Notes under the pieces: model-generated | Told to the model about the DNA's origin: nothing | The model's database searches: none | The model's input: only the letters and a program-made list of their open reading frames with translations | In this document: in pieces, positions 13,101 through 23,050 of the stretch | Numbering within the stretch: the first letter of the stretch is position 1 | Layout: each line of letters starts with the position of its first letter | Position numbers and translations under genes: made by a program | Source of the DNA: Azolla caroliniana | Taxonomy: Eukaryota > Plantae > Polypodiophyta | DNA length: 39,472 nt | Assembly: GCA_043228905.1 (NCBI GenBank) | Contig: JBHGNT010000284.1 | Coordinates: 1-39,472 of the forward strand | Direction: 5' to 3'

Positions 13101-13751
13101 CTTGATCTTAAACCCTTCAGCTAAGGGTGTGTTCATATTCACGGTAGGTCTGAAGGTCCAGATCTCTTATTAGCAGGTCTTCCGCACTAGGGGCTTTTAA
13201 CAACTGCTATCTCATCAGTGTATCAAGACTCATTAGATGTGAGCGTTGCATTATATGTCCAAGCGTTTTGGTTGATTTATATGTGCGTAATGTAGGTATG
13301 TGTGTGTATGTGGAAAGATTTGGGGAAAGGGAGGGCTGACCTCGTTGAGGGAGAAGGGAGTTGACGCTTCATAGCATCGGGAGAACCAGTGACCAATGGC
13401 AGCTTTCCAAGGGGCGTTTCTGAAGAAGACGGCAGCAGCCGAGGATTCGTCTCCGATCATCATCATCATCGGAGGGGAGCCTGAGTTGGAATCCAAAGGC
13501 GAAGGATCGAAAGCTGCTGGAGAGGGAGACGGCGTAAGTAAAGGGAGTCGAGGAGGAGGAGGAGGAGGAGGAGGAGGAGGAGGAGGAGGAGAGGAGGTAA
13601 TGGCGGTTGTGTTGAAAGGCGGGAGCAGGAAGAAAAAGGAGTAAATGAGGATGAGGGAGGTGCAGGAGAGAGCGACGAAAGCCAGTCGATGGTGGTGGAC
13701 GTCGGAAGAAGTAACAGAGGCGATCAGCGAGGCTACCTTCTTCTTCAGCAT
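4158..13751 (-). CDS. EGF-like-repeat exostosin family (GT47) glycosyltransferase, At3g57630-like; 14 exons, 2418-nt CDS, ~805 aa
   Basis: Exons, all GT-AG with consistent phases: 13751-13341, 11807-11714, 11506-11320, 9154-8917, 8807-8595, 8522-8436, 7070-6936, 6562-6449, 6355-6108, 5779-5699, 5608-5377, 5293-5195, 5110-4922, 4247-4158 (TGA). The protein has an N-terminal TM ([21 protein letters not shown]) and a Pro-rich stem. EGF-like repeats: [29 protein letters not shown] and [27 protein letters not shown]. Exostosin motifs: [62 protein letters not shown]. The start is the first in-frame ATG after an in-frame TGA at 13866-68. Confidence 0.93.
7111..7356. repeat. Two-copy tandem duplication, 123-bp unit, in GT47 intron 6
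   Basis: tattatt(t)gaattttcacaaaccacaagataatattgata...gtaaacaaataatcaagaa at 7111-7233 and 7234-7356, with few differences. Confidence 0.92.
8118..8279. repeat. Diverged direct repeat (~62 bp, ~100-bp period) in GT47 intron 6
   Basis: aaacaa.ggaaagg.atagtgcatg..aaa..aaa.ggg.acatgg.acaag..gctgaaa occurs twice. Confidence 0.7.
9500..10400 (+). mobile_element. 3' fragment of a non-LTR retrotransposon (ORF2 C-terminal zinc finger) in GT47 intron 3, with an internal 190-bp tandem duplication
   Basis: Frameshifted reading [15 protein letters not shown].....[34 protein letters not shown]. The 190-bp unit repeats at 9815 and 10005. GCTAGAACTCAAGAGAC and the CCHC region are shared with the minus-strand copy at ~27400-27830. 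Ends are approximate. Confidence 0.72.
13552..13590 (-). repeat. (GGA)13 coding microsatellite encoding poly-Pro in the GT47 stem
   Basis: Direct reading; translates as 13 consecutive prolines in exon 1. Confidence 0.9.
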
Positions 13752-13769
13752 CTCCTCTCCCACTTCCAC

Positions 13770-13866
13770 TTCCTCTTCTTCTTCCTCTTCCTGCTGCTGC
13801 TTCTGCTGCTGCTTCTGCTTCTGCTTCTGCTTCTGCTTCTGCTTCTGCTTCTGCTGCTTCCTTCTT
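13770..13866. repeat. (CTT)/(CTG)/(CTTCTG)n microsatellite in the presumptive GT47 5' UTR
   Basis: Direct reading; it begins ~20 nt upstream of the ATG at 13751. Confidence 0.85.
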
Positions 13867-16800
13867 CAGAATGAGAATCCAAGAGCTTCATAGAATCAGT
13901 GGGATGGATCCATCCATGTTCACCTTCACTCGCTGCCTCTCACAGTCTTTCTTCAACTAACCCTCTTGATTCCATCGTCAACGCCCGATCCATCAACAGT
14001 CTCCGCAGTTCTGCGCCTGAATTTGACTGGTTAGTCTTTTAAGTTTTTTTTGACGGGCATTTTTTAAAGATGTATGTCTTATGACATTGAGAGTGCAAAA
14101 AAACTAATATATGTCATTTTGGCGTACAAGTTTTAATAACGAAAAGCTCTCTCTATATGATACTTCATTATTATACATTTTATTACTATAGAAAATACAC
14201 AAATAAACATAACTACCTGACAAAGATAATGAAATCATACAAATTGAATAGTTAATCATCATATATTTCTTAAATCCCAAAATATACAAAAAAAATGTTT
14301 GTCATACCGTGACTCCTCATATTAAGCATTGTGCAATATGTGTCTACTTCAATGATATTATCCTTCTCTCTTTCTCTTCAAACCAAAGGTTAAATATATC
14401 CCTCCAACAACAAATGTTTGATGCCTCTTGAGCATTCAAGGATATAAACATCCGCACAATTCACAATGAGAATGATTCCATTGTACTAACTAACATATAC
14501 ACAAACTTTGATATTTCAAATCCATGCGTAATTAAGCACTTGATGTTCGTTGTTGGTAATACATACAATGTCTTCTTCAATTTACATGCATAACCTAAGA
14601 ATTTTGGATATTGCATATAAATTTCCCTGCATGCATGCTCATGTACATATTGTTCCCAACTACACGTGCATTAGTGGCATAAGCCTCTTCGCTAAGCTCA
14701 TATGGCCAAATGAGCATACCATCTACAAGATATTTGTTCTCTATCAAAGTTTTGTTAACTCATACAATACAATATGTACTTGTATGATGTGTGATGTGTG
14801 ACAATAAGATATGCTTATTGTACTCGATGACTTATAGCATACAATATAGTAAATACAAAAAATCTGATCACTAATTTTAAGAATCAAAATATCCCCAATA
14901 TTAAGATTCAATAGACCAAATTAACCTCCAATTTAGAAAGTGCATGAAAATTTTAAAATTTTAAAAATCTTCCTAGAGTATCCTAAATTTCCTTTAGCAT
15001 CACTTGTGCATATTAATAGTTCATCCAGTCAACAATCAAACACAATAACCTCATCACAACCATGCTCCTTGATATCTATGGGTTCAACCAATCAACAATC
15101 AAACCTATCTCACCTCCTCCATGCTTTCTATGGCTTTCAATAAGTCCATATTGGACAAACATATGTAACTAATCACTCTAATTGCTTAGTCCTTATCCTA
15201 TTGTAGATTTTTGTGGGAATAAAAGAAAATGCATTCCACTTTGTCATACACGTTTCTCATGAGCAATCTTCAAAGAAAAAAGATTCAATAAAAGAAGAAA
15301 ACAGAGAAAATAGAGAGAAAGAGAAAAAAAATGACAAAATACATACTTCAAAGTTGTGTAGTGGCAAACAACAGATGTCGTGCAATCACCGAGAAGTGAC
15401 AGGGAGCAACGAGTAGTGAGCGAGCCGGGAGAAATGGGTAACAACCAAGGATAAGGGAGTAGCGATGAAGGAAAGCAACGAGCAACGCGTGAAGAAGGAA
15501 GCAAGAAAAGAGGAAACAGGTGGGAAATAGAAAGAGGGGAGAATTTGGGAATGAAACATTGGAAAAAATATACAATATAAATATTTTCCTATACTATAGA
15601 AATAGCTGGCTCATCCGGCTAGATTCCAATTGGTCAAAAATCTTGCCAGAATCGATTCCGGCTATCCATAATGGTTGTCACTGTCCGGCAAAGGTCCCGA
15701 CTCCCAATTCAACCTTTGCCCAACACTACACACACACACACATATATATGACATGGAAATTAAATTTTTAGCATGTCATTTGACATATATAATTTTTGGG
15801 CGCCTTTCGCATGAAAAATGAAAATTGTAAGTTTAGATGCCACTTAACGGACATTTTTATTGGGTGTATGTTTTTGACGGGCAAAATGGCCTTAGACGGG
15901 CATGACACCTGTCAAATTCCTGCCCTACCGTCTTGCCAATCGTCCTGGCTGACCTTCGATCTGTGAGCAATGGCTCAAACCGAATCGTTTACACCGCACG
16001 GCTTGAACTTGAACCAAACCGAACTTAACCCTTTAAACCATTCGGTTACGGTCTCACAAGTTCGATTTGCTTCCAACCGAATTGTTGTTAATATGCTACT
16101 AATGCCTGAAACATAGATGTGATTACGAAGGATGAGAAAGCGATCAAAAACCTTCAATGCTAATGCAACTATTCTTCGAAACTACAACGGGGCTTATAAA
16201 TGAAGCTTCGTTGGAACTCCAAAACCCTACATTTCTTATTACGTGAAATGAGATATTTAGTTTAATAGTGAGCCTGTTGATATGTATTGGATGGCAACGT
16301 TTCTATAAAGTTTCAACCCCACAAATGACAAGAAAAAACGCTTGGATTATATGCTACATTTGTTTGTTTTCATTGTTCATTGATGCAAAACGTATCATGC
16401 ACATAGTCTGTGTGAAGTCTTTCATAAACAAATTCGAAACTTTAATTTTAAGATGAAATCATGGCACACACATATATGTATATGTATATGTATGTCTGTA
16501 TGCATACAAGAAAGTGTGCTTGCTCATTTTCAAAGATGTTGGGCCTCCTAAGATTAGGAGTATATGATAATTAAGAAAATTAACGAGCAACATAAGAATT
16601 TTAGAGAATATAACCAACCAACACAATGCTCAATTATTTCATGATTTTTCATTCACATAATGGGTTTGATCATCTTCATTGATCTAACTCCAATTTTCAC
16701 TCCCAAAATGATACTTTAATATTCTTACTAAAAGCAAAATTACTAACAAAGTGGTTCTCTCGTATTGCAAATTGCAATATCATGAGTTGTTTTCAAAATC

Positions 16801-17059
16801 ATAATCATTAATTTTCTTAGCTATGTGTTTAATATTGCAATTCTCATTTTTGGGAACTTCAATTTCACTAATCATGTATACATCACTTTGAAAACAAGGG
16901 AATTTGCCTTTAAATTTCCCAATCCCACTCAAGTAGCATTATCAACATGGTTGACTGACCAGAGAGGACAAATGTTGGGAAGGCGTACTAGATGTGCATG
17001 GTCAGAATTAGATCGTGGGCCAACATAGTCTATAGGTGCATGGACAACATTTCTGTCTA

Positions 17060-17566
17060 AACCTATAGATCAACAAATGATATTGATTAGTAATACAATG
17101 GGTGGGAAGATAATGTATTCTGCAATACAAAATGCCCTTTCTAACATTCAGATGCAAATTGGATATGCTACACATAAGTGGATGCGTTTATTTACTCCAT
17201 TTGATGTTTTAATTCGAGTTAAAGCCTATATTGGGGACCAAGAGTGTATGAATTTTGATGTACAATATGATGGTAGGTTAATCTTTACACCTAAGGAAAA
17301 TGATTTGTTTGGGTTTTGTTTGCATAAAGAAGCAAGGGTGATTGCAAATGATGGATAAATTTGGGTCCTAGACCCGGATCCTCAAAAGGTGATTATTTTG
17401 GGAGGATTTGGATTATGGAAAGAAGACCAATATCTAGATTAACTTGGGATCCTGGAGAATTATATTGGAAGGTGTGGATGCAAGATCACATCAAATACGT
17501 GCCTTTCTTTCAATATATTTGTGAAGATTGGTAGGAAAATGTTAGGCGCTAGATCATGGAAAGACC
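17060..17566 (+). mobile_element. Left part of a decayed L1-type LINE ORF2 3' region, interrupted by the copia
   Basis: Joins through the AGACC TSD to the zf-RVT sequence after 23050. The text PFFQY.VKIGRKML just before the insertion resembles the F/Y-S/T-VK start of zf-RVT. The left boundary is uncertain. Confidence 0.5.
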
Positions 17567-17857
17567 TGTCGAATACAAGTGTATAATGGACGTATTCACA
17601 CTATCCCTTTGTATAGCTCAAGTTTGGGCCATTTGTGTAATTAGCATAAAGGGTAGTTGCCCTAAGTCGGTCACTATATATAGTGACCTTGTAACCCTTT
17701 TGTAAGGTTGGTTGTTGTATTATTTGCTTTATGAAATAAAGAGTATTTTGTCTCTGTCTCTCTCTCTCTGTGCAACGACCTAGAAACAGTCATACGCAGG
17801 TACAGAGAAGAAACGAATGCTTCTTGATCTTCCGCATAGACGACTTTGTCTCTAACA
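17567..17857 (+). repeat. 5' LTR (291 bp)
   Basis: TGTCGAATAC...CTCTAACA. By eye it is identical to the 3' LTR except within the (TC)n tract (one substitution, 2 bp shorter). Confidence 0.97.
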
Positions 17858-17859
17858 TC

Positions 17860-17872
17860 TGGTATCAGAGCC
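17860..17872 (+). promoter_or_regulatory. Primer-binding site complementary to initiator tRNA-Met
   Basis: TGGTATCAGAGCC, 2 nt after the 5' LTR; this is the canonical plant copia PBS. Confidence 0.96.
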
Positions 17873-18546
17873 TGCACAGTATTCGGTCCTTCAATCCGCT
17901 GTCGGCCGTCGTCTCAGCCTCCACAGTATTCGGTTTCCTGTGTCATTCGAAGAAGAGAGAAGAAGAAGAAAAACGAGGATTGCATCTCATCGCGTTAGAT
18001 CATCTTCACTTGGAGTAAGCCAGCAGGTTGTACTCTGTTCCTTGTGATCGTAACCACTCGAGGTGAAATCCCCTTGTGCAACATTGACACGATCGTGCTC
18101 CACTCGGTTAAACGGCATCCGAAGAGGTCATCAAACGCTGCTCATTGTAACCACTCGGTGCAGATCGGTCTCAAGACAACAACCCCAATTCGTGCTTCAT
18201 CCGGCTGATCGACATTCGAGAGGATCAGTTGGATCCGTCTCTCTCGTCGCTGCAGCCACCCGAAGCAGAATCGGTCCAGACAATCGGTTTCAATAATCGG
18301 TATTCGATATATATATCCGAAGCGAACCGGGCTCACTCCGACTCGGAACCATTCGGGAAGACCAGTCGGTTCTGTCCCTCAAGTTACCGGAGTCAATTCG
18401 AGCAAGTTCAACAATACATATATCCGAAGCCGAACCGACTCGGGTTCAAATCCGACTAGAACGATATCGGGTGAGCCAACCGGCTGCACTCCAACAAGGT
18501 TCGTAGTCAACTCCGAACCGAGCTTCGTCAACCGAAACCGAATTTG

Positions 18547-21500
18547 ATGGCATCAACATCCGGCTCGTCAGAAATGAGTCTACGAAAGTTCGATGGATCG
18601 AACTTTAACTTCTGGAAGGAGCAAATGCAGGACTATCTCATAGTCAAGGGGCAAATCGATCCCATCGAAAATGAAGAACCTCCAGAAGGATACAAACCAA
18701 TTGAGTGGCAGAAGCTGGACAGAATCGTCCGCGCCACGATTCGGATGCACCTATCGGAATCGGTATACTTTACGGTGCAATCGTGTACGACAGCATTCGA
18801 ACTGTGGAAAACACTGTCGGACACCTACGAAAAGAAGGTCGCTGCAACGAAGATGTTTCTGATCCGGCGCCTCTACAACTTGCGGATGAAAGAATCCGAT
18901 TCGGTTCAAGCACATCTCAATGAGTACGAAAGCATAAGCTCCCAAATCTCATCTCAGGGGACGGCAATCGAGGATGAACTCAGAGCAATGATACTCATGA
19001 GCAGCCTTCCCTCATCATGGGAAACTTTCGTCACAACCGTGTGCAACGCGTCAACCACGGCTGTTAAATACTCCGAAGTCACGAGCGCAATCCTGACCGA
19101 AGCAGCTCGGAGAAAGACTTTCGCCAAAGACTCAACAGACGACGCTTACGTAGTACAAGGTTCGACAGACCGATCGAACATACGAGGAAGAGATTCCTCA
19201 CGGCCGCCGAACAATCAGCGAAGACGGAGCCAGTCACGGGATAACCGAATCTGCAACTATTGCAAGAAACCCGGACACATCAAAGCCGACTGCCGCGCAC
19301 TCAAGAACAAGAACGACAAGTCTCAGAGATCAGACAAGAAGAGTGGCCGGCATGAGGAGATCAATTACGTCAGCTTCTCAGCTGATGTACTACCAAACGA
19401 CCCGAATATACTATCAATCGAAAATCCAGTCGGATCAGAAGTTCTGCTCACGACTGAAGAATCGAGCACATGGCTCTTAGATTCGGGCGCGTCATTTCAC
19501 GTGACTCCTCATCGATCCCAATTTCGGCAATATACGATCCGTCACTCCGACTCAGTTCGAGTCGGTAACTCGCAACACTGTGACATCATCGGAATCGGCA
19601 CAGTAGAGCTCAACCTTGCAGGTGGCTCTACACTTGTACTTCACAATGTCCGACATGTACCCGAGCTCTCAAGGCCATTGATCTCAGTCGGACAACTAGA
19701 TGAAGACGGCATTCGTGCCGGTTTTTCTTCGGGAGGGTGGACACTCCACAGGGGGAACCTCCTGCTTGCTAGAGGACCCAAGATACACTCACTGTATCCG
19801 TTACATGTTACGCTCAGAGAGGGTAACCTGTTTTTGGTGGATATTCCTGTGTCATCACTATGGCACAGAAGATTAGGACACCTCAGCAAGGCCGGCATCA
19901 CGCACCTATCTAGAGCCGGGTACATCCCCAAACTCTCCTTCTCGGACCATCAATTCTGCGAGCATTGCCAGTATGGCAAACAAGCAGCCGCATCACACCC
20001 GACATCAGCACCAAGAGACACGAGACCTCTCGATTTAGTCCACTCGGACGTCTGTGGCCCAATGCCGCATCAGTCTCTCGGCGGTGCCTCTTATTTCGTC
20101 AGTTTTATTGACGATTCGACTCGAAAGGTGTGGGCTTATCCGATTCGCACCAAAGATCGGGTCTTCTCGATCTTCTCAGATTGGCTCGCTATGGTAGAAA
20201 ATCAAACCGACCGAAAACTGAAATGCTTTCGGACCGACAATGGGGGAGAGTTCAAATCCGAAGAATTCGTCAAATTCTGCCGACAACGCGGCATCCGACG
20301 TGAATTTACGGCACCACACAGTCCGGAGCAAAACGGGATTGCCGAACGCATGAATCGGACAATCCAAGAACGGATAGTTTCCATGCTCCAACACTCCGGA
20401 CTGTCGGATGGCTTCTGGGCAGAGGCTCTACTCACGGCAGCACACATAATCAATATGTCGCCAAGTAGACCTCTAGGACTTCAAATTCCTCAGGAACTAT
20501 GGATCGGCAGTAAGCCGAATTACGACAAGCTGAGGATATTCGGATGCGAGGCGTACGCCCTTATTCCGAAAGATGATCGCCGAAAACTTGCACCTCGGTC
20601 CAGGAAATGCATTTTTCTTGGATATGGATCAGACGGCGAAATGGGATACCGACTCTGGGACCCCGAACGCAGACAAATCGTTCGAAGTTCGGACGTTGTG
20701 TTCAACGAGTCGGCTATGAATCCATCAGTCGAAAAACCGATCGAAGTCCGAAGGGTAACATTTTCCGATGTGCCGACCCTTCAAGAAGGCCCCGCTCTTA
20801 ACACACGGTCAACTTCACGGGTAGCTGAACCTTACACTACCGACTCGGCACAGCCGAATGACTCGCTTTCGGACCATCCGACCTTGATACCCGATGCGAC
20901 CAGTCCAATCATACCTCGACGATCCGAGAGACTGTCGCAACCTCCGGAGAGGTATTCTCCTGGAATTTTCTTCACCGACGCCGGCGAACCGACGTCTTAC
21001 GAAGAAGCATCGACATCTGTCGATTCAACCACCTGGCATCTGGCGATGGAGTCGGAAATGCACTCCATTCGGGCAAACAAGACTTGGGATCTGGTCGAAT
21101 TACCTAAGAATCGACGTGCTCTCCCTTGCAAGTGGGTTTATCGACTTAAAGAGACGTCTGATTCGACCACCCCAAAGTACAAGGCCAGATTAGTTGCGAA
21201 GGGCTTCCGACAAGAATATGGCGTCGACTTCGACGAGATTTTTTCACCAGTGGTGAAAATGACAACCCTTCGTTTTCTACTCGGCGTAGTGGCAGCCGAC
21301 AACTTGGAGCTGATTCAGCTAGATGTCAAGACAGCCTTCCTCCATGGTGATCTTGACGAGGAAATTTATATGGAGCAGCCAAAAGGCTTCGTGGCAACTG
21401 GCCAAGAACATCTAGTCTGCCGACTCAGGAAGAGTCTATACGGCCTCAAACAGGCACCGCGACAATGGTACAAGAAGTTCGACGACTTCATCCAATCGAT

Positions 21501-22563
21501 CGGCTTCTCAAAAAGCGATGAGGACCATTGTCTCTTCACCAACACAGCTCAAGATGGATCACCCATCTTCCTCATCATTTACGTGGACGACATGCTAATT
21601 TCTGGACGCCACGCGGGCGAACTTGCCGATCTCATTCGGCAACTGCGGTTGAAGTTTGCCATGAAGGACCTCGGTCCGGCACGACACATACTCGGCATGA
21701 AGATTAGTCGGCATCGCGATAAACGACATCTTTTTCTGTCTCAGACCGACTATATCCGACGTGTCTTGGAACGCTTCAACATGCAATCAGCCAAATCTGC
21801 TTCAACCCCGCTCCCTATGAATCTTCGGCTCTCTCAGCGAGACTGCCCGACATCCGGTCCGGAGGGGGAAGATATGAAGTCGGTACCGTATGCACCGGCA
21901 GTCGGCTCCCTTATGTACCTAATGGTCGCGACACGGCCTGATATTTCTCACGCTGTAGGAGTCGTTAGCAGATTTATGCACAATCCCGGCCGATCGCATT
22001 GGAACGCAGTCAAGCATGTGTTCAGATATCTGGCTGGCACAAAAGACCACGGCATTCTTTTCGGTCCGAACCGAACCTCAGGCGTAGTCGGTTACACCGA
22101 CTCGGACTTCGCCGGCTGTATAGACAGTCGGAAATCAACAACCGGATACTGCTTCAAATTCGGCAATGGAGCAATCTCGTGGAAGTCGAAACTTCAGGAG
22201 TGCACAACGACCTCAACGACCGAAGCAGAATATGTAGCTGCGTCCGACGCAGCAAAAGAAGCTTTGTGGCTCGGTCGGCTGGCGCACACGTTCCGACAAG
22301 TCGACCATGACTCGGCTCCAGTTGTCTACAGCGACAGTCAAGGTGCTGTTGCCTTGTCGAAAAATCCGGTTCACCACAACGCCTCCAAACATATCGACGT
22401 TCGATATCACTTCGTTCGGGACTGCGTCATTTCAGGGAAAATCGGTCTAGAGAAAATATCCACAACCGACAATGTCGCAGATGGAATGACCAAGTGTCTT
22501 TCGGCAGACCGCTTTCGGTCCCTTCGGCATCAGATGGGCGTAACGACAAACCAGTCCGGTTAG
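18547..22563 (+). CDS. Copia gag-pol polyprotein, 1338 aa
   Basis: The first ATG is at 18547 (the ORF track starts at a TTG one codon earlier). Gag KFDGSNFNFWKEQM; zinc knuckle CNYCKKPGHIKADC; protease WLLDSGASFH; HHCC LWHRRLGH...CEHC; integrase HSDVCGP / RTDNGGEF / NGIAERMNRTI; RT LDVKTAFLHG, SLYGLKQAPRQW, YVDDML; RNase H YTDSDFAG, TEAEY, KHIDVRYH, ADGMTK. Confidence 0.98.
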   Translation: MASTSGSSEMSLRKFDGSNFNFWKEQMQDYLIVKGQIDPIENEEPPEGYKPIEWQKLDRIVRATIRMHLSESVYFTVQSCTTAFELWKTLSDTYEKKVAATKMFLIRRLYNLRMKESDSVQAHLNEYESISSQISSQGTAIEDELRAMILMSSLPSSWETFVTTVCNASTTAVKYSEVTSAILTEAARRKTFAKDSTDDAYVVQGSTDRSNIRGRDSSRPPNNQRRRSQSRDNRICNYCKKPGHIKADCRALKNKNDKSQRSDKKSGRHEEINYVSFSADVLPNDPNILSIENPVGSEVLLTTEESSTWLLDSGASFHVTPHRSQFRQYTIRHSDSVRVGNSQHCDIIGIGTVELNLAGGSTLVLHNVRHVPELSRPLISVGQLDEDGIRAGFSSGGWTLHRGNLLLARGPKIHSLYPLHVTLREGNLFLVDIPVSSLWHRRLGHLSKAGITHLSRAGYIPKLSFSDHQFCEHCQYGKQAAASHPTSAPRDTRPLDLVHSDVCGPMPHQSLGGASYFVSFIDDSTRKVWAYPIRTKDRVFSIFSDWLAMVENQTDRKLKCFRTDNGGEFKSEEFVKFCRQRGIRREFTAPHSPEQNGIAERMNRTIQERIVSMLQHSGLSDGFWAEALLTAAHIINMSPSRPLGLQIPQELWIGSKPNYDKLRIFGCEAYALIPKDDRRKLAPRSRKCIFLGYGSDGEMGYRLWDPERRQIVRSSDVVFNESAMNPSVEKPIEVRRVTFSDVPTLQEGPALNTRSTSRVAEPYTTDSAQPNDSLSDHPTLIPDATSPIIPRRSERLSQPPERYSPGIFFTDAGEPTSYEEASTSVDSTTWHLAMESEMHSIRANKTWDLVELPKNRRALPCKWVYRLKETSDSTTPKYKARLVAKGFRQEYGVDFDEIFSPVVKMTTLRFLLGVVAADNLELIQLDVKTAFLHGDLDEEIYMEQPKGFVATGQEHLVCRLRKSLYGLKQAPRQWYKKFDDFIQSIGFSKSDEDHCLFTNTAQDGSPIFLIIYVDDMLISGRHAGELADLIRQLRLKFAMKDLGPARHILGMKISRHRDKRHLFLSQTDYIRRVLERFNMQSAKSASTPLPMNLRLSQRDCPTSGPEGEDMKSVPYAPAVGSLMYLMVATRPDISHAVGVVSRFMHNPGRSHWNAVKHVFRYLAGTKDHGILFGPNRTSGVVGYTDSDFAGCIDSRKSTTGYCFKFGNGAISWKSKLQECTTTSTTEAEYVAASDAAKEALWLGRLAHTFRQVDHDSAPVVYSDSQGAVALSKNPVHHNASKHIDVRYHFVRDCVISGKIGLEKISTTDNVADGMTKCLSADRFRSLRHQMGVTTNQSG

Positions 22564-22748
22564 AGCCGGACACAGCGCAGGATGGTCTCCGACAACCGAC
22601 ATCAGTTCCTTAATGATCGGCTTCAACTCTTCCGACCCGACCAGTTCGGTCTTCTGCCTTCGGACCCTGCCGACTCGAACAAAAACTGATATGTCCGAGA
22701 ACCTAGGTTTATACCTGTAATCTTAGATAACCCATGTATACGCCCATT

Positions 22749-22757
22749 ACGGGGGAG
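22749..22757 (+). promoter_or_regulatory. Polypurine tract
   Basis: ACGGGGGAG directly abuts the 3' LTR. Confidence 0.88.
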
Positions 22758-23050
22758 TGTCGAATACAAGTGTATAATGGACGTATTCACACTATCCCTT
22801 TGTATAGCTCAAGTTTGGGCCATTTGTGTAATTAGCATAAAGGGTAGTTGCCCTAAGTCGGTCACTATATATAGTGACCTTGTAACCCTTTTGTAAGGTT
22901 GGTTGTTGTATTATTTGCTTTATGAAATAAAGAGTATTTTGTCTCTCTCTCTCTCTCTCTCTGTGCAACGACCTAGAAACAGTCATACGCAGGTACAGAG
23001 AAGAAACGAATGCTTCTTGATCTTCCGCATAGACGACTTTGTCTCTAACA
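22758..23050 (+). repeat. 3' LTR (293 bp)
   Basis: TGTCGAATAC...CTCTAACA followed by the AGACC TSD. Confidence 0.97.

Larger units (their letters stand above)
17567..23050 (+). mobile_element. Intact full-length Ty1/copia LTR retrotransposon (Tnt1/Tork-like), 5484 bp, with 5-bp TSD AGACC
   Basis: TG...CA LTRs at 17567-17857 and 22758-23050. TSD AGACC at 17562-66 and 23051-55. PBS, PPT and one uninterrupted gag-PR-IN-RT-RH ORF are present. Confidence 0.98.

Noticed and set aside
13396-13893. Plus-strand ORFs with poly-Gly, (CF)n and poly-Leu
   Set aside because: These are translations of microsatellites antisense to GT47 exon 1 and its 5' UTR.
14046-15935. Recurring GACGGGCA motifs suggesting a DNA-transposon remnant
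   Set aside because: I could not establish TIRs or a TSD by eye.
15970-16085. AACCG-rich patch with a 13-nt match (AACCATTCGGTTA, 16036-48) to the pogo-like TIR
   Set aside because: It lacks the CAGT terminus and a partner end. It may be decayed TE subterminal sequence but cannot be delimited.
18443-18453. B-box-like GGTTCAAATCC in the copia leader
   Set aside because: There is no clear A box or cloverleaf and the stem is imperfect; it is plausible by chance.
18633-22410. Short antisense and alternate-frame ORFs within gag-pol
   Set aside because: They are expected from GC-rich coding sequence, are all 103 aa or shorter, and show no motifs.
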